Origin: Thermodesulfobacteriota bacterium
Lineage (GTDB): Bacteria; Desulfobacterota_D; UBA1144; Nemesobacterales; UBA2774
Direction: 5' to 3'
DNA: 64,000 bases
NCBI GenBank assembly: GCA_965223335.1
Contig: OZ244991.1
Coordinates: 1-64,000, forward strand
Made by a program: the position numbers and the translations under genes. The notes beneath the pieces were generated by a model that saw nothing but the letters and a program-made list of their open reading frames with translations, was not told the origin of the DNA and made no database searches. The first letter of the stretch is position 1; every line of letters starts with the position of its first letter. This document shows positions 22,648-36,149 of this stretch, in pieces.

Positions 22648-25329
22648 TTAAATAGTACTTAATTTGGCAAGCACGTCTTCGAGTTTCTTTTTTTGAAAAG
22701 AGATCTCCTGAAACTTCTGTCTTTCCTTCTCTACTACTTCCTCAGGTGCACGGTCGAGGAATTTTTTATTGGCCAGTTTTTTCTCAGTGCCGGTCAAGTC
22801 CTTGGTTAATTTGCCTATCTCTTTTTGGATCCGTGCACTCTCTTTCTCCACATCCACAAGACCCTCCACAGGTAGAAATATTTCTACCCCGGGCACTACA
22901 TGTGTTACAGCTTTGTCGGGGTTTGCATCCAGAGCCACACTAAGCCCAGAGAGTGACGCCATGGTAAGAATAAAGTCCTTGTTCTCAGAAATTATATTCA
23001 TCCTATCCTCGGTCTCGGGACAGAGCACAACCCCTACCCTCTCTGCAGGGTGAAGACCAACTACTGCTCGCAGGTTCCTGGCACCTATCACAATCTCCTT
23101 GATAAATTCGACATCGTCATGTGGCTTTTCAAAGACCATCTCGCCGTTGTACTCGGGAAAAGAGCTAATCATTATGCTCTCAGCTAACTCATCGCTTATC
23201 TCCTGGTCAGATTCATACAACCTACACAGACGATGGTAGAGTTCCTCAGATATGAACGGAGCTATTGGGTGAAGAGCCTTTAGTGCAGACACAAGCACTG
23301 TGACCATCACGTTTTGGGTCCTGGTTTTTTCCTCTAAGTCCTCGCCATACAAAATAGGCTTCACCGACTCTATATACCAATCGCAATAATCCGCCCATAT
23401 AAACTGGTAAATCGCACTCGCAGCCTTATCGAACTCATAGTTTTCAAACCCGTGCTCGGCCTCAGCGACCATCTTGTTCAACTTCGTAATAATCCACTTG
23501 TCATAAGTGCTTAGATCCCTGGGCTCTAATGACCCAAGCGGCCTAAAACCCTCCATATTCATCAGCAAAAACCTGGTTGCGTTCCAAATCTTGTTTATAA
23601 AATTCCTATAGCCCTCAAGCACGGACATCGACAACTTTATATCCCGCCCCTGTGTGGCCAACGCAGCCAGACTAAACCTAAGTGCATCCGCCCCATATGT
23701 ATCCACAACGTCGAGAGGGTCGATCACGTTCCCCTTGGTCTTACTCATCTTCTCGCCCTTCTCGTCCCTAATGAGCCCGTGGATATAAACATCGCGAAAC
23801 GGCACGTCACCCATAAATTTGAGTCCCTGCATAATCATCCGAGCTACCCAGAAAAATATTATGTCAAAAGCAGTCACAAGCACAGTGGTGGGATAGTGTT
23901 TTTCCAAGAGCTCAGTATTATCAGGCCATCCTAGTGTCGAAAACGGCCACAGGCCCGATGAAAACCAAGTGTCTAGCACATCCGGGTCCTGGCTAAGTTC
24001 GGTATCTTCCCCATAATGCTTTAATGCCTCTTCCATAGCATCCTCTTCGGTCATAGTTACGAAGACCTTGCCGTCAGGGCCATACCACGCCGGGATCCTA
24101 TGCCCCCACCAGAGCTGGCGCGAGATACACCAGGGCTCTATGTTCCTCATCCACTCAAAGTACGTGTTCTCCCAATATTTAGGCACAAACTTTATCCGCC
24201 CGTCCTCCACTGCACTTATCGCCTCTTTTGCAAGGGTTTTTGAGTCGGCATACCACTGCTCGGTCAACCACGGCTCTATTATCACACCCGATCTATCCCC
24301 GTAGGGCACGGTGTGTTGTATATCTTCGATCTCTACCAATAACCCCTGGGCCTCTATATCTTCGAGCACCCTTTTTCTAGCCTCAAACCTATCGAGCCCC
24401 CTGTAAGTTTCGGGAGCGTTATCGTTTATACAGCCATTTTCATCGAGGATGTTTATCATCTCGAGGTCGTGACGTTTCCCAACCTCAAAATCGTTGAAAT
24501 CATGAGCAGGGGTGATTTTAACAGCCCCTGTGCCCTTAGTCGGGTCGCTGTACTCATCGGCCACAATAGGTATCCTGCGGCCCACGAGCGGCAGCACCAC
24601 GTTACGTCCTACGAGCTGTGTATAACGCTCGTCCTCGGGGTGCACCGCAACTGCAGTATCACCCAGCATTGTCTCGGGTCTTGTAGTTGCGATAGCAATG
24701 AATTCCTCGTCACTGCCCTCAATGGGATATTTGAAATGCCACAACTTGCCGTTCACATCGCGCTGCTCAACCTCTAGGTCGGAGATTGCAGTGCATAGAT
24801 TCGGGTCCCAGTTCACAAGGCGGCGGTCCTTGTAAATAAGCCCTTCCTCGTAGAGTTTTACGAACACTGTCCTTACAGCGTGCGATAGACCATCATCTAG
24901 AGTAAATCTCTCTTTGTCCCAGTCAGGCAGAGCACCTAGCCTTCTAAGCTGCTTTGTAATCTGATCCCCCGACTCGCTTTTCCACTGCCACACTCTCTCT
25001 AAAAAAGCCTCACGGCCCATCTCGGTACGAGTCTTACCCTCGGATTGCAGGTCCCTCTCGACCATCATCTGTGTCGCAATACCGGCGTGGTCTGTGCCCG
25101 GCACCCATAGCACATTAAAGCCCTTCATCCTCTTGTAGCGGATCAATATATCCTGCAACGTGTTGTTTAGTGCATGGCCGATGTGTAACGAGCCCGTTAC
25201 ATTCGGGGGAGGTATTACAATTGTATAGGAAGGTTGTTCCCCTGAACCCTGGGTGCTATGATAGCCCTTATCGATCCAGTGCGTGTACCACTTCTCCTCC
25301 ACGCCTTTAGGATCATATGCTTTTTCCAT
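22648..25329 (-). CDS. valS: valine--tRNA ligase
   Basis: 'PPPNVTGSLHIGH', 'WCISRQLWWGH', 'KMSKT', C-terminal coiled coil; start at MEKAYDP. Confidence 0.98.
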   Translation of the reverse strand: MEKAYDPKGVEEKWYTHWIDKGYHSTQGSGEQPSYTIVIPPPNVTGSLHIGHALNNTLQDILIRYKRMKGFNVLWVPGTDHAGIATQMMVERDLQSEGKTRTEMGREAFLERVWQWKSESGDQITKQLRRLGALPDWDKERFTLDDGLSHAVRTVFVKLYEEGLIYKDRRLVNWDPNLCTAISDLEVEQRDVNGKLWHFKYPIEGSDEEFIAIATTRPETMLGDTAVAVHPEDERYTQLVGRNVVLPLVGRRIPIVADEYSDPTKGTGAVKITPAHDFNDFEVGKRHDLEMINILDENGCINDNAPETYRGLDRFEARKRVLEDIEAQGLLVEIEDIQHTVPYGDRSGVIIEPWLTEQWYADSKTLAKEAISAVEDGRIKFVPKYWENTYFEWMRNIEPWCISRQLWWGHRIPAWYGPDGKVFVTMTEEDAMEEALKHYGEDTELSQDPDVLDTWFSSGLWPFSTLGWPDNTELLEKHYPTTVLVTAFDIIFFWVARMIMQGLKFMGDVPFRDVYIHGLIRDEKGEKMSKTKGNVIDPLDVVDTYGADALRFSLAALATQGRDIKLSMSVLEGYRNFINKIWNATRFLLMNMEGFRPLGSLEPRDLSTYDKWIITKLNKMVAEAEHGFENYEFDKAASAIYQFIWADYCDWYIESVKPILYGEDLEEKTRTQNVMVTVLVSALKALHPIAPFISEELYHRLCRLYESDQEISDELAESIMISSFPEYNGEMVFEKPHDDVEFIKEIVIGARNLRAVVGLHPAERVGVVLCPETEDRMNIISENKDFILTMASLSGLSVALDANPDKAVTHVVPGVEIFLPVEGLVDVEKESARIQKEIGKLTKDLTGTEKKLANKKFLDRAPEEVVEKERQKFQEISFQKKKLEDVLAKLSTI

Positions 25330-25380
25330 AATGGCACTGCTGTCTTGGTGCATTGGTCAGTCGGTACCGAGGTAGATGAG

Positions 25381-25410
25381 AGGGGCAAGTACACTGTGGG
25401 TCCTGCCCCT
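25381..25410 (-). terminator. stem-loop downstream of rpoC (no U-tract)
   Basis: AGGGGCAGG...CTTGCCCCT 9-bp stem 15 nt after the rpoC stop. Confidence 0.35.
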
Positions 25411-25425
25411 TAGTCTTTAAAAGTC

Positions 25426-28400
25426 TTATTCTTCTTCTAATTCGGCTGTGGGTACGGGTATCTCCATCACCGGCACCTCAACGTCTATGTTCCTGTAGAT
25501 AGGCAACCCGGTACCCGCAGGTATCAGTCTACCCATTATTACATTCTCTTTAAGCCCCCTAAGGTAATCTTCTTTACCTTCACAGGCGGCCTCGGTAAGA
25601 ACCCTGGTGGTCTCCTGGAATGAGGCAGCCGAGAGCCAGCTGTCGGTGCTCAAAGATGCTCTCGTGATCCCAAGCAGCAGGGGCTCGGCAGAGGCGGGTC
25701 GCCCGCCCTGATCCACAACCCTCTCGTTCTCTTCAAAGAACACGTGCTTCTCCACGGCTTCACCAACGAGTAAAATAGTGTCGCCCGGGTCTTTTATCCT
25801 AACCCTCTTTAGCATCTGTCGCACGATCACTTCAATGTGTTTATCGTTAATCTTAACACCCTGGAGCCTGTAAACCTCTTGTATCTCGTCCACAAGATAC
25901 CTTGTGAGCGCTCTCTCCCCGCGAATTCTAAGAATATCGTGGGGGTTGGCAGAGCCGTCTACAAGCTGGTCACCCGAGGTCACAACCTCGCCCTCTCTTA
26001 CAAGCACGTGTTTACCCCTGGGCACCAGGTACTCTTTGGCCTCACCCACATCGGGTGTAACTACCACACGGCGCTTCCCCTTAGTGTCCTTTCCATAAGA
26101 CACAACCCCGTCGATCTCCGTAACAACCGCCGGGTCCTTGGGGATCCTGGCCTCAAAGAGCTCAGCCACACGGGGCAGCCCTCCGGTTATGTCTTTGGTC
26201 TTAGCAGTAGCTCTCGCAATCTTAGCAACGATATCCCCTGCATTGACCACGTCTCCCTCGGCCTTCTCTATGATAGCCCCTATGGGCAGTGAGTACTGTA
26301 TGTTCTTTTTGTCTTTTGTAGTAATCACAAGGGCCGGGTGTAGGTCCAGGTTCTTTGACTCTATAACAACATTCTTATAAATACCCGTCACCTCGTCTAC
26401 CTGCTCTTTTAGTGTCACACCCTGCTCGAGGTCCTGGAACTTAACCTTACCCTCGACCTCTGAAATAAACGGTGTGGTGTAGGGATCCCACTCAGCCATA
26501 AGCTCGCCGTCCTTTACCTTAGATCCCTCTTCAATCTTAAGCTTTGCTCCGAGTGCCAGCGGGTACCTCTCTTTTTCATAACCCTTATCGTCCACAATGA
26601 TCAAAATACCGGTTCGGTTTGTAACAATAAGGCTCCCGTCCACACTACGCACAGTTCTAACGTTTTGGAATTTTACGGTGCCCTCCTGCTGGCTTTCCAA
26701 GGTGCTTTCCGCAGCCCTCTGGCTCGCCGCACCACCGATGTGGAAGGTTCTCATAGTAAGCTGTGTGCCGGGCTCTCCGATTGACTGTGCCGCTATGATG
26801 CCCGTGGCCTCACCTATATTCACCAGTTTCCCTGTGGACAGGTTGCGGCCGTAACAGAGCATACATACGCCGACGCGTGTTTCGCAGCTCAGCACAGACC
26901 TGATCCTAACCTCTGTTATACTGCCTGCCTCATCAATCTTGGCGGCAGCGTGTTCATCAATCTCCTCGTTAGCAGCCACTATGATATCACCGCTAACCGG
27001 GTCAACTATGTTGTCGAGTGTTACTCTTCCCAACACCCTCTCGCCTACCCGCTCGATGATCTCACCACCCTCGACCAGGTCGCCCACAGTAATACCCTCT
27101 ATGGTGCCGCAGTCATATTCCTTTATCATCACATCCTGCGCAACGTCAATAAGTCTTCTGGTCAGGTACCCTGCATTAGCTGTTTTAAGCGCGGTGTCGG
27201 CAAGTCCCTTTCTGGCTCCGTGTGTCGAGATAAAGTATTGCAGCACAGTTAGCCCTTCTCTAAAGTTCGATGTAATCGGGGTCTCAATGATCTCGCCCGA
27301 GGGTTTTGCCATTAGCCCCCTCATCCCTGCAAGCTGGCGGACCTGAGTTTGACTGCCCCTCGCACCCGAATCGATCATCATATAGATCGGGTTTGCGCTC
27401 GTACCCTTTTTGGATTTGCCTTTCCCATCCGCTATCTCTTCAAACGATATGTCTTTCATCATTTCCTGAGCTACGTCATCGCTTGTACGTGCCCAGATAT
27501 CGATTACCTTGTTATAGCGCTCACCGTCGGTTATGAGTCCCTGTGAGTACTGGCTCTGGACCTTGACGACCTCATCCTGCGCTTTTTGCAGCAGGTCTTT
27601 TTTCTTCTCAGGGATCTTCATATCGTCTATCGAGATCGATATACCTGCTCTGGTCGAGTACTTAAACCCAAGTGTGCGCATCCTATCGGCAAGCAGCACT
27701 GTGCTCTTGCCACCGGCTACTCTGAAGCAATTGTCCACAAGCTCCTCTATCGCGCGCTTGGTCATCACCCTGTTCACAAGCTCAAACTCGATAGTCTTCG
27801 GCATGATTTCATAGAGCAACACACGCCCTACAGTGGTCTCATGTACTTTGTCTTTTATCCTTACACTGATCTTGGCGTGAATCCCGATCTCCCCGGCATC
27901 GAATGCGAGTGTGACCTCTTCGATCGTGGCAAAAATCTTGCCATCACCCTTATCAAACGGCATATCACGCGTCATATAATAGATCCCAAGCACAATGTCC
28001 TGTGTGGGCAAAATAATTGGTTTGCCGTGTGCGGGGGAAAGTATGTTGTTAGTCGACATTACAAGCGCTCGGCACTCTGTCTGCGCCTCGATGGATAGGG
28101 GCACATGCACAGCCATTTGGTCACCATCAAAGTCTGCATTATACGCAGGGCATACGAGCGGGTGAATCTGTATGGCTTTATCCTCTATGAGTATAGGCTC
28201 AAATGCCTGAATACTAAGCCTGTGTAGAGTAGGAGCACGATTAAGCAGAACCGGATGCTCTTTAATAACCTCATCAAGTGCATCCCATACAATCGGTGCT
28301 TCTTGTTCTACTAATTTTTTGGCAATTTTTATCGTTGCGGCCGCACCCCAGAGCTCAAGTTTCTGGTAAATAAACGGCCTAAACAGCTCAAGGCCCATCT

Positions 28401-29508
28401 GTTTCGGTATACCGCACTGATGTAGTTTAAGCTCGGGCCCTACTGTGATCACGGACCTTCCCGAGTAGTCGACCCTCTTACCCAAAAGGTTCTGTCTAAA
28501 CCTACCCTGCTTACCCTTTATGATGTCGCTTAAGCTCTTAAGCGGGCGGTGGTTGTGTCCCAACACCGGGCGTCCGCGCCGTCCGTTCTCAAGCAGTGCG
28601 TCTACCGACTCCTGGAGCATCCTCTTTTCGTTTCTCACAATAATGTCGGGTGCTCCCAGTTCCTGCAGTTTCTTTAGTCTGTTGTTTCTGTTTATAACCC
28701 TTCTGTATAGGTCGTTTAGGTCCGATGTAGCAAACCTACCGCCATCGAGCGGTACCAATGGTCTCAGGTCCGGTGGCAACACCGGAATCCTGGTCAATAT
28801 CATCCACTCGGGTCTGTTTTTAGATTTTCTAAATGCCTCGCAAATCCTAAGCCTCTTAGCAATCCTGGCCCTTTTGATCGGAGAGCTCGTGTTTTTCATC
28901 TCGAGCCTAAGCTCTTCAGAGAGCTCAACCAGGTCTATCTTTTTTAGCATTTCTCTTACAGTCTCAGCCCCCATACCTACCTTAAACACAGGGCCGTACT
29001 CGTCCATTGCCTTGCGGTAGCGGTCCTCGCTAAGCACTTCAGCAAACTTAAGCGGTGTGTTCTCAGGATCGATCACAACATAGGACTCATAGTAGAGCAC
29101 CTTCTCAAGATCCTTAAGCGTCATATCGAGAAGCATCCCTATCCTCGAGGGAATACTCCTTAAGAACCAGATGTGTGCTACCGGGGAAGAGAGCTCGATA
29201 TGCGCCATCCTCTCCCGTCTAACCTTTGAAGAGATCACCTCTACTCCGCATTTCTCGCACGTGATTCCCCTGTGCTTTAACCTCTTGTACTTCCCACAGG
29301 TGCATTCATAGTCTTTCACTGGCCCAAAGATCTTGGCACAGAACAACCCGCTTCGCTCGGGTTTAAACGTCCTGTAGTTAATGGTCTCGGGTTTTCTGAC
29401 CTCTCCATTGGACCATTCCTTTACTTTGTCCGGTGATGCAACGGAGATCTTAACAGCAGAGTACTCCGAAGGGTTTTTCGGTTTCTCAAATAGTGTGTCT
29501 ACGTCCAC
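25426..29508 (-). CDS. rpoC: RNA polymerase beta' subunit
   Basis: '[12 protein letters not shown]', Zn ribbon, '[13 protein letters not shown]'; GTG start. Confidence 0.99.
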   Translation of the reverse strand: MDVDTLFEKPKNPSEYSAVKISVASPDKVKEWSNGEVRKPETINYRTFKPERSGLFCAKIFGPVKDYECTCGKYKRLKHRGITCEKCGVEVISSKVRRERMAHIELSSPVAHIWFLRSIPSRIGMLLDMTLKDLEKVLYYESYVVIDPENTPLKFAEVLSEDRYRKAMDEYGPVFKVGMGAETVREMLKKIDLVELSEELRLEMKNTSSPIKRARIAKRLRICEAFRKSKNRPEWMILTRIPVLPPDLRPLVPLDGGRFATSDLNDLYRRVINRNNRLKKLQELGAPDIIVRNEKRMLQESVDALLENGRRGRPVLGHNHRPLKSLSDIIKGKQGRFRQNLLGKRVDYSGRSVITVGPELKLHQCGIPKQMGLELFRPFIYQKLELWGAAATIKIAKKLVEQEAPIVWDALDEVIKEHPVLLNRAPTLHRLSIQAFEPILIEDKAIQIHPLVCPAYNADFDGDQMAVHVPLSIEAQTECRALVMSTNNILSPAHGKPIILPTQDIVLGIYYMTRDMPFDKGDGKIFATIEEVTLAFDAGEIGIHAKISVRIKDKVHETTVGRVLLYEIMPKTIEFELVNRVMTKRAIEELVDNCFRVAGGKSTVLLADRMRTLGFKYSTRAGISISIDDMKIPEKKKDLLQKAQDEVVKVQSQYSQGLITDGERYNKVIDIWARTSDDVAQEMMKDISFEEIADGKGKSKKGTSANPIYMMIDSGARGSQTQVRQLAGMRGLMAKPSGEIIETPITSNFREGLTVLQYFISTHGARKGLADTALKTANAGYLTRRLIDVAQDVMIKEYDCGTIEGITVGDLVEGGEIIERVGERVLGRVTLDNIVDPVSGDIIVAANEEIDEHAAAKIDEAGSITEVRIRSVLSCETRVGVCMLCYGRNLSTGKLVNIGEATGIIAAQSIGEPGTQLTMRTFHIGGAASQRAAESTLESQQEGTVKFQNVRTVRSVDGSLIVTNRTGILIIVDDKGYEKERYPLALGAKLKIEEGSKVKDGELMAEWDPYTTPFISEVEGKVKFQDLEQGVTLKEQVDEVTGIYKNVVIESKNLDLHPALVITTKDKKNIQYSLPIGAIIEKAEGDVVNAGDIVAKIARATAKTKDITGGLPRVAELFEARIPKDPAVVTEIDGVVSYGKDTKGKRRVVVTPDVGEAKEYLVPRGKHVLVREGEVVTSGDQLVDGSANPHDILRIRGERALTRYLVDEIQEVYRLQGVKINDKHIEVIVRQMLKRVRIKDPGDTILLVGEAVEKHVFFEENERVVDQGGRPASAEPLLLGITRASLSTDSWLSAASFQETTRVLTEAACEGKEDYLRGLKENVIMGRLIPAGTGLPIYRNIDVEVPVMEIPVPTAELEEE

Positions 29509-29545
29509 TATGTGTCCCTCCCTATTTTTTCAAACTCTATCTCTA

Positions 29546-32500
29546 TTACTCGGCATCAGCCTCTTCAAGCAGGTCTATATCCAGTGCAAGTGCCTGAAGC
29601 TCTTTTTGAAGCACCTTAAACGACTCGGGCAGTCCGGGCTCAAAATTCATATCCCCCTTCACAATCGAGTCGAAGATCCTAGTCCTTCCTATTACGTCGT
29701 CTGATTTAACAGTTAGAAATTCCTGCAGTGTGTACGCAGCCCCGTACGCCTCAAGTGCCCATACCTCCATCTCACCCAGGCGCTGTCCGCCAAAGTGCGC
29801 TTTACCACCGAGCGGCTGCTGAGTAACCAGCGAGTACGGGCCTATTGCACGGGCATGGATTTTTTCCTCTACCAGGTGGTGGAGTTTCAGCATATACATT
29901 ATCCCCACGGTCACCTTCTGGTCAAAAGGCTCCCCTGTGTGCCCGTCAAATAATATTGTCTTTCCGTCCTCGGGAAGCTCTGTTAAGTCGAGCATGTTTT
30001 TTATCTCTTCTTCAGATGCACCGTCAAACACAGCCGAGCGCACCTTAACCCCATTTCTAAGCCTTCTCGCAACTTCCATTACCTCGTCATCAGAAAGTGT
30101 GTCAATTAGTTCTTTGTTCTGGCGCTTACCGTAAATCTGTTTAAGTTTAGCTCTGAGAGAACCCGGGCTGAACTCTTTTTCTATATATTCATCGATTTGA
30201 CGTCCAAGTTCTTTTGCTGCCCACCCCAGGTGGGTCTCCAGTACCTGCCCCACGTTCATCCTCGAGGGCACCCCAAGGGGGTTGAGCACCATGTCCACAG
30301 GTGTACCGTCCGGCAGATAGGGCATATCCTCTTCGGCCAATATCTTGGAGATAACTCCCTTATTGCCGTGCCTACCCGCCATCTTGTCGCCAACCTGTAG
30401 TTTTCTCTTCACCGATATGTTTACCTTTACGACCTTAAGCACCCCTGGCGGCAGCTCATCCGGTTTTATTAACTTGGTGATTCTCTGGTCATATACAACG
30501 TTTGTCAGGTCTATCTGTTCTAAGGTTCTTTCTATTATGTTCTTTATTTCGGCCTCTATCTTCTCACCGTTCTCCACACTTATATCTGCCATTTTCTCAA
30601 ACGGAACCGTGTCTAGTATCTCAGACGTAATCTTGTCACCCTTCTTGAGAACTGTTTTCCTCGACACGGTAAGCTTTGCCGATGCGGTTTTTCTAACCAG
30701 CAGCGATTTTATGCGCTCTATGGAATCGTCTTTGATTATGTTTATCTCGTCTTCCATGTCCTGCTTTAGTTTTGTGACCTCTAGGTCCTCTATGCTTTTT
30801 GCTCTTTCATCCTTATCAACTACCCTAGAGATCAACATCTTCACATCTATGATTGTGCCGTACACCCCGGGCGAGGCCCTAAGCGACGTGTCCTTCACAT
30901 CACCCGCCTTATCACCGAATATAGCACGGAGCAGTCTTTCTTCCGGCGACAGTTGAGTCTCGCCTTTTGGCGAAATTTTCCCAACAAGGATATCACCCGG
31001 TTTAACCTCGGCTCCTACTCTTATTATGCCGCTATCATCAAGGTTTCTAAGCGTATCTTCACTCACATTCGGGATGTCACGTGTGATCTCTTCGCGCCCG
31101 AGCTTGGTTTCCCGTGCAATACACTCGAACTCCTCTATGTGTATTGAGGTGAAACTGTCTTCTTTCACAAGCCTCTCGCTCATTAAAATTGCGTCTTCAA
31201 AGTTATACCCACCCCAAGGCATAAACGCGACCATCACGTTTTGACCAAGTGCCAATTCCCCGCTATCGGTGGACGGGCCGTCTGCAATCACCTGGCCCGC
31301 AGATACTTTTTCACCTTTTTTTACAATAGGTTTTTGGTTCCAGCATGTGCTCTGATTAGATTTTTGGAATTTTATGAGGTTGTATAGATCAACCCCGCCC
31401 TCTTCCTCAACACCCGATTCCGTGGAACTCACAACTATCCTTGAGGAATCCACATACTCAACTACTCCATCGCGGGTTGCCACAACTGTCACACCCGAAT
31501 CTTTAGCAACTCTACTTTCAAATCCCGTGCCCACTACAGGTGAACTGGTACGGATTAGCGGCACTGCCTGGCGCTGCATGTTAGAGCCCATGAGCGCGCG
31601 GTTGGCGTCATCGTGTTCAAGAAACGGTATCAACGAAGCCGAGACCGACACAAGCTGAGCGGGAGACACGTCCATAAGCTCGACATTCTCACGCTCGGTC
31701 ATCAAAAACTCCCCAGCGTGGCGAGCCGACACAAACTCAAGTACAAACTTCCCCTTATCATCCAGCGGGGCATTTGCCTGTGCTATGATATATTTTTCTT
31801 CGGCCAGTGCATTTAGGTACACGATCTCATCTGTAACCTTTCCTTTGTTGACCACCCTATAGGGTGTTTGAATAAACCCGAACTCATTTATTTTTCCATA
31901 AGTGCTCAAACTCGATATCAGACCGATGTTTGGGCCTTCCGGGGTCTCGATGGGACAGATCCTTCCGTAGTGCGAGGAGTGGACGTCCCTTACCTCAAAC
32001 CCTGCACGCTCCCTCGTAAGACCTCCCGGTCCCAGAGCGCTTAGCCTCCTCTTATGAGTAATTTCCGAAAGAGGGTTCGTTTGATCCATAAATTGCGAAA
32101 GCTGACCCGTGGCGAAAAACTCTTTTACCACGGATATAACAGTCTTCGGTATTAATAGTTCACTAGGCATCAGGTTCTCTACAGCCTGGTAGCCCATCTT
32201 CTCTTTTACAGACCTCGCAAGGCGCTCAAGTCCGTGATAGAACCTGTCCTCTATTAACTCGCCTACGGTTCTCACACGCCTGTTGCCCAGGTGGTCAATA
32301 TCGTCGGTGCTTCCCCTGCCACCACGAAGGTCGAGCAAGTAACGTACCGATTCGAGAATATCCTCCCTGGTCAATGTCGAGACATCGTCTGAGATGCCGT
32401 GGTTAAGCTTATAGTTGATTTTCAGACGCCCCACATGCGAGAGCCTGTAGGTGTCGGGATTAAAAAACATGTTCTCAAAAAACGTCTCCGCCACACTTGG

Positions 32501-33658
32501 TGTGGGCGGGTCTGTGGGCCTGAATTTTTTGTAAATCTCTGTAATGGCCTCTTCTTTTGTCGTCACTTTATCGGCAACCACAGTGTTTCTTAATGACGAG
32601 ATAACCGATACGTTATCGATATAGAACACGCCGAACTCTTTTATCTCTTTTTCTTTAAGCAGGTTTATTTTTTCTTCCGTTATAAGTTCGTTGAAGTTGA
32701 GTATTATCTCGCCGGTCTCAGGGTCTGCTACGTCCTCGGCAGCGTATCTCTCTACAAGCTCGATCTCATTTATAGGTATGGTTTTTAGTTTGGCCGTCTT
32801 AAGTTTTTCTATAATATTACGTACAAACCTTCTGCCGGATTTTACCAGTACATCGCCTGTTTTAGGGTCTGGGATTTCTGCGCTTGCTCGCTGATATGGC
32901 AGTATATCAAAATTGAGCGACTTGCTGAAATTACCGTCTTTGATATATATGGTTTCAATGGGATAGTAGTGGTGCATTATCTCCCGCGCATTAAGACCAA
33001 GGGCTTTAAGCAACACTGAGACTAGAAATTTCTTTTTCCTATCGATCCTCACATGCATGTTGTCTTTTGAGTCAAACTCAAAATCTATCCATCTGCCGTC
33101 ATGCGGCACAATTCGTGCTGTGAACGTGGATTTACCCACACTCGTTTCCTTGTTCTTTACCTGGTCAAAGAACACACCCGGCGAGCGGTGCAGCTGGTTT
33201 ACAATGACCCTCTCTGTACCGTTTACTATGAATGAACCGTTTGGAGTCATTAGGGGGATTTCGCCAAAGTACACTTCCTGCTCTTTAACGTCTCTTATGG
33301 TTAACTGGTCGCTATCCTCCGACTCGGTATCCCATATAACCAAGCGAAAGGTAACGTAGAGTGGTGCTACATAGGTATAGCCCTTAAGCCTGCATTCCGC
33401 AGCCTCATATTTGGGTTTGTCGAGCCGGTAGCTTATATACTCTAACGACGCTTTCTCGTTATAATCCTCAATAGGGAATACGGTCTTAAATGCATTGTGA
33501 AGCCCGATATCCTCTCGGTCTTCATGCTTCACCTCAGCTTGTAGGAACGTAAAATACGACTCTACCTGTACCTCGAGGAGGTGGGGGATCTCGAGAACGG
33601 ATGGTATATTAGAAAAACTCTTCCTTAGTTTATATGCCTCAAGCCCATCTATACTCAA
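29546..33658 (-). CDS. rpoB: RNA polymerase beta subunit
   Basis: '[26 protein letters not shown]', '[12 protein letters not shown]'; TTG start with GGGGG SD. Confidence 0.99.
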   Translation of the reverse strand: MSIDGLEAYKLRKSFSNIPSVLEIPHLLEVQVESYFTFLQAEVKHEDREDIGLHNAFKTVFPIEDYNEKASLEYISYRLDKPKYEAAECRLKGYTYVAPLYVTFRLVIWDTESEDSDQLTIRDVKEQEVYFGEIPLMTPNGSFIVNGTERVIVNQLHRSPGVFFDQVKNKETSVGKSTFTARIVPHDGRWIDFEFDSKDNMHVRIDRKKKFLVSVLLKALGLNAREIMHHYYPIETIYIKDGNFSKSLNFDILPYQRASAEIPDPKTGDVLVKSGRRFVRNIIEKLKTAKLKTIPINEIELVERYAAEDVADPETGEIILNFNELITEEKINLLKEKEIKEFGVFYIDNVSVISSLRNTVVADKVTTKEEAITEIYKKFRPTDPPTPSVAETFFENMFFNPDTYRLSHVGRLKINYKLNHGISDDVSTLTREDILESVRYLLDLRGGRGSTDDIDHLGNRRVRTVGELIEDRFYHGLERLARSVKEKMGYQAVENLMPSELLIPKTVISVVKEFFATGQLSQFMDQTNPLSEITHKRRLSALGPGGLTRERAGFEVRDVHSSHYGRICPIETPEGPNIGLISSLSTYGKINEFGFIQTPYRVVNKGKVTDEIVYLNALAEEKYIIAQANAPLDDKGKFVLEFVSARHAGEFLMTERENVELMDVSPAQLVSVSASLIPFLEHDDANRALMGSNMQRQAVPLIRTSSPVVGTGFESRVAKDSGVTVVATRDGVVEYVDSSRIVVSSTESGVEEEGGVDLYNLIKFQKSNQSTCWNQKPIVKKGEKVSAGQVIADGPSTDSGELALGQNVMVAFMPWGGYNFEDAILMSERLVKEDSFTSIHIEEFECIARETKLGREEITRDIPNVSEDTLRNLDDSGIIRVGAEVKPGDILVGKISPKGETQLSPEERLLRAIFGDKAGDVKDTSLRASPGVYGTIIDVKMLISRVVDKDERAKSIEDLEVTKLKQDMEDEINIIKDDSIERIKSLLVRKTASAKLTVSRKTVLKKGDKITSEILDTVPFEKMADISVENGEKIEAEIKNIIERTLEQIDLTNVVYDQRITKLIKPDELPPGVLKVVKVNISVKRKLQVGDKMAGRHGNKGVISKILAEEDMPYLPDGTPVDMVLNPLGVPSRMNVGQVLETHLGWAAKELGRQIDEYIEKEFSPGSLRAKLKQIYGKRQNKELIDTLSDDEVMEVARRLRNGVKVRSAVFDGASEEEIKNMLDLTELPEDGKTILFDGHTGEPFDQKVTVGIMYMLKLHHLVEEKIHARAIGPYSLVTQQPLGGKAHFGGQRLGEMEVWALEAYGAAYTLQEFLTVKSDDVIGRTRIFDSIVKGDMNFEPGLPESFKVLQKELQALALDIDLLEEADAE

Positions 33659-33919
33659 ATTACTTTACCCCCTTCTATTATGTGTTCAATCCCGGTACTT
33701 CCAACATCTCACGGCACTAAAATGCCGTACAAATCCACTAGGTTTCGACAGAGTTATTGCATCAAAACCCTATGCCCAATCTAACGGTGTATGGTCTATT
33801 CGCTGCGAACCACATTTTAGACGCAACGATAGTGCGGTCAGCCTCAACTGATGCCACACTACCATGTAAAAACCTTTTGGATATGTACCCTGCCGATACT
33901 ATGATTCACCTGCCAGCGG

Positions 33920-34312
33920 TTAGCTGATCTCAACCTCAGCACCGACCTCTTCAAGCTTCTTCTTAATTTCGTCGGCTTCTTCTTTAGGAACACCCTCTTT
34001 AACAGCCTTAGGAGCACTCTCCACCAGCTCTTTAGCCTCTTTAAGACCCAGTGATGTTACCTCTCTAACAGCTTTAATCACCTGAATCTTATTGTCGCCG
34101 ATGCCCTTAATCACAACATTGAAATCGGTTTTCTCAGCCTCCGCTGCACCACCCTCAGCACCTGCGGCACCCGGAGCAGCCGCTACAGCCACCTGGGGGG
34201 CTGCTGCAGTTACATCAAATTTATCCTCAATCTCCTTAATCAGCTCCGAGATCTCAAGCATGCTTGCTTTCTCAAGATACGTAAGAACATCGGCCCTCGT
34301 AATGTCAGCCAT
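33920..34312 (-). CDS. rplL: 50S ribosomal protein L7/L12
   Basis: Ala-rich hinge; '[23 protein letters not shown]'; AGGAGG SD. Confidence 0.97.
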   Translation of the reverse strand: MADITRADVLTYLEKASMLEISELIKEIEDKFDVTAAAPQVAVAAAPGAAGAEGGAAEAEKTDFNVVIKGIGDNKIQVIKAVREVTSLGLKEAKELVESAPKAVKEGVPKEEADEIKKKLEEVGAEVEIS

Positions 34313-34363
34313 TATATACAAACCTCCTTAATAATGTTGAGAACATATTTAGTTTTTGACTTA

Positions 34364-34888
34364 CTATTCGTTTTCTTTTGTTTCCTTAATTGCCGTCAAT
34401 GCATACAAAAGCTTGCTCTGCATCTGCTTAGTAACCCCGAGGAAATTCGATATGGGAGCTTTAAGCATCCCCATCAGTTGTGCAAGCATCTCTTCGCGGG
34501 ACGGTAGCTTAGAGAGCTGGGCAATATCCTCTGCACCGACTACTTTACCCTCAACAATCCCGCCTTTTATCTTTAAGTTCGGGTTGTCCTTACCGGTCTT
34601 TACAAACACCTTTGCAATCGATGCCGGGTCACTCTCGCAAATTGCAACTGCAGTGGGCCCTACAAACAAGTCCTCAATCTGCTCGACCTCTGTGTCTTTC
34701 GATGCCTTGATCAAAAGAGTATTTTTCACAACCTGCAGACTGCCCTCGGCCTTGCCGAGGTCAGAACGAAGCCCCTCCATCTCCTTCACAGTCAACCCCT
34801 TGTACTCCACTACTAGAACGGACGGGTTGGCCTTGAATGCATCGTTATACTTGTCGATGATATCCTGTTTTGCCGCTTTGGTTAACAT
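34364..34888 (-). CDS. rplJ: 50S ribosomal protein L10
   Basis: 'YKGLTV', 'VVKNTL', 'GPTA', 'LPSREE'. Confidence 0.96.
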   Translation of the reverse strand: MLTKAAKQDIIDKYNDAFKANPSVLVVEYKGLTVKEMEGLRSDLGKAEGSLQVVKNTLLIKASKDTEVEQIEDLFVGPTAVAICESDPASIAKVFVKTGKDNPNLKIKGGIVEGKVVGAEDIAQLSKLPSREEMLAQLMGMLKAPISNFLGVTKQMQSKLLYALTAIKETKENE

Positions 34889-34949
34889 TACATACTCCTT
34901 GGTAATATAATCCTACCGGGCCTCTTAACACCCCATTGCACTCATAGTA

Positions 34950-35675
34950 TTATGCCGCTATCTCAAACCCCTTTAACTGCTCTCTAACATTAGCAAAATC
35001 AACTTTAATCCCGGGGCCCATCGTGTTTGCTATAGTTATCTTCCTAACAAAAGTGCCCTTCGAAGACGATGGTTTAATTTTTATCAGGTTATCCATGAAG
35101 ACCAAGAAATTATCTTTTAGTTTAGACTGCCCGAACGAAACCTTGCCAAGCGGTGCATGGACAACCCCGCCTTTATCGTTTTTAACCTCTATACGCCCCG
35201 CCTTAGCCTCTTTCACTGCATCCGCAATATCGAACGTCACCGTGCCGACTTTGGGGCTTGGCATAAGACCCCTCGGGCCCAGCACCTTACCCAACTTACC
35301 TACCGAGCTCATAAGGTCCGGCGTAGAGATAGAAACATCAAAATCAAGCCAGTTCTCTTTAGAAATTTTATCTACTAAATCGTCATCCCCTACATGGTCG
35401 GCACCTGCCTGCTCGGCCTCTTTTGCCTTCTCACCCTTTGCGAATACAAGCACTTTGATGTCCTTTCCTATCCCATGCGGGAGCACAAGACCAGTACGAA
35501 TCTGCTGGCTGGCCTGACGCGCGTCAATACCCAGTTTTACCGATATCTCTACGGTCTCATCAAATTTTGCAGTCTTTGTTTTCTCTATGAGCTCAAGGGC
35601 TTCATCCAGAGTGTAGCTCTCTTTTTCTTCAACTGCTTTTTTGGCTTCCAAGTATTTTTTACCGTTCGTAGGCAT
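34950..35675 (-). CDS. rplA: 50S ribosomal protein L1
   Basis: 'KFDETVE', 'LPHGIG', '[16 protein letters not shown]', 'TMGPG'; AAGGAG SD. Confidence 0.97.
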   Translation of the reverse strand: MPTNGKKYLEAKKAVEEKESYTLDEALELIEKTKTAKFDETVEISVKLGIDARQASQQIRTGLVLPHGIGKDIKVLVFAKGEKAKEAEQAGADHVGDDDLVDKISKENWLDFDVSISTPDLMSSVGKLGKVLGPRGLMPSPKVGTVTFDIADAVKEAKAGRIEVKNDKGGVVHAPLGKVSFGQSKLKDNFLVFMDNLIKIKPSSSKGTFVRKITIANTMGPGIKVDFANVREQLKGFEIAA

Positions 35676-35731
35676 TGTTATCTCCTTATTATTGCCGCCC
35701 AATAATCACCCGAGCATTAACCCAATGTGGG

Positions 35732-36148
35732 TCATTCCACGTCTATACCCATACTCCTTGCCGTACCCTCGACAATCCTAGATGCCGACTCCAGGCTCTC
35801 AGTGTTCAGATCCGGCAATTTAGTTTTTGCAATCTCCTCTACCTGAGCCTTTGATACCTTCCCCACTTTTACCCTGGGTGTTTCACCCGAGGCCTTATCC
35901 ACTCCCGCTGCTTTTTTAAGTAGATACGAAACCGGGGGTGTTTTAACTATGTACGAGAACGATCTGTCTGCATACACGGTAACTACTACTGGCAAAAGCC
36001 CCTCTGCCTTAGAGGTCTCTGCATTAAAGGCCTTGCAGAACTCCATTATGTTCACACCCCTTTGTCCCAAAGCGGGCCCTACAGGGGGTGAGGGATTTGC
36101 CTTACCGGCCTCTACCAATAGTTTTATATAACCGTCAATCTTTTTCAT
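35732..36148 (-). CDS. rplK: 50S ribosomal protein L11
   Basis: '[29 protein letters not shown]', 'GTARSMG'; ATG 1 nt after the nusG stop. Confidence 0.97.
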   Translation of the reverse strand: MKKIDGYIKLLVEAGKANPSPPVGPALGQRGVNIMEFCKAFNAETSKAEGLLPVVVTVYADRSFSYIVKTPPVSYLLKKAAGVDKASGETPRVKVGKVSKAQVEEIAKTKLPDLNTESLESASRIVEGTARSMGIDVE

Positions 36149-36149
36149 A

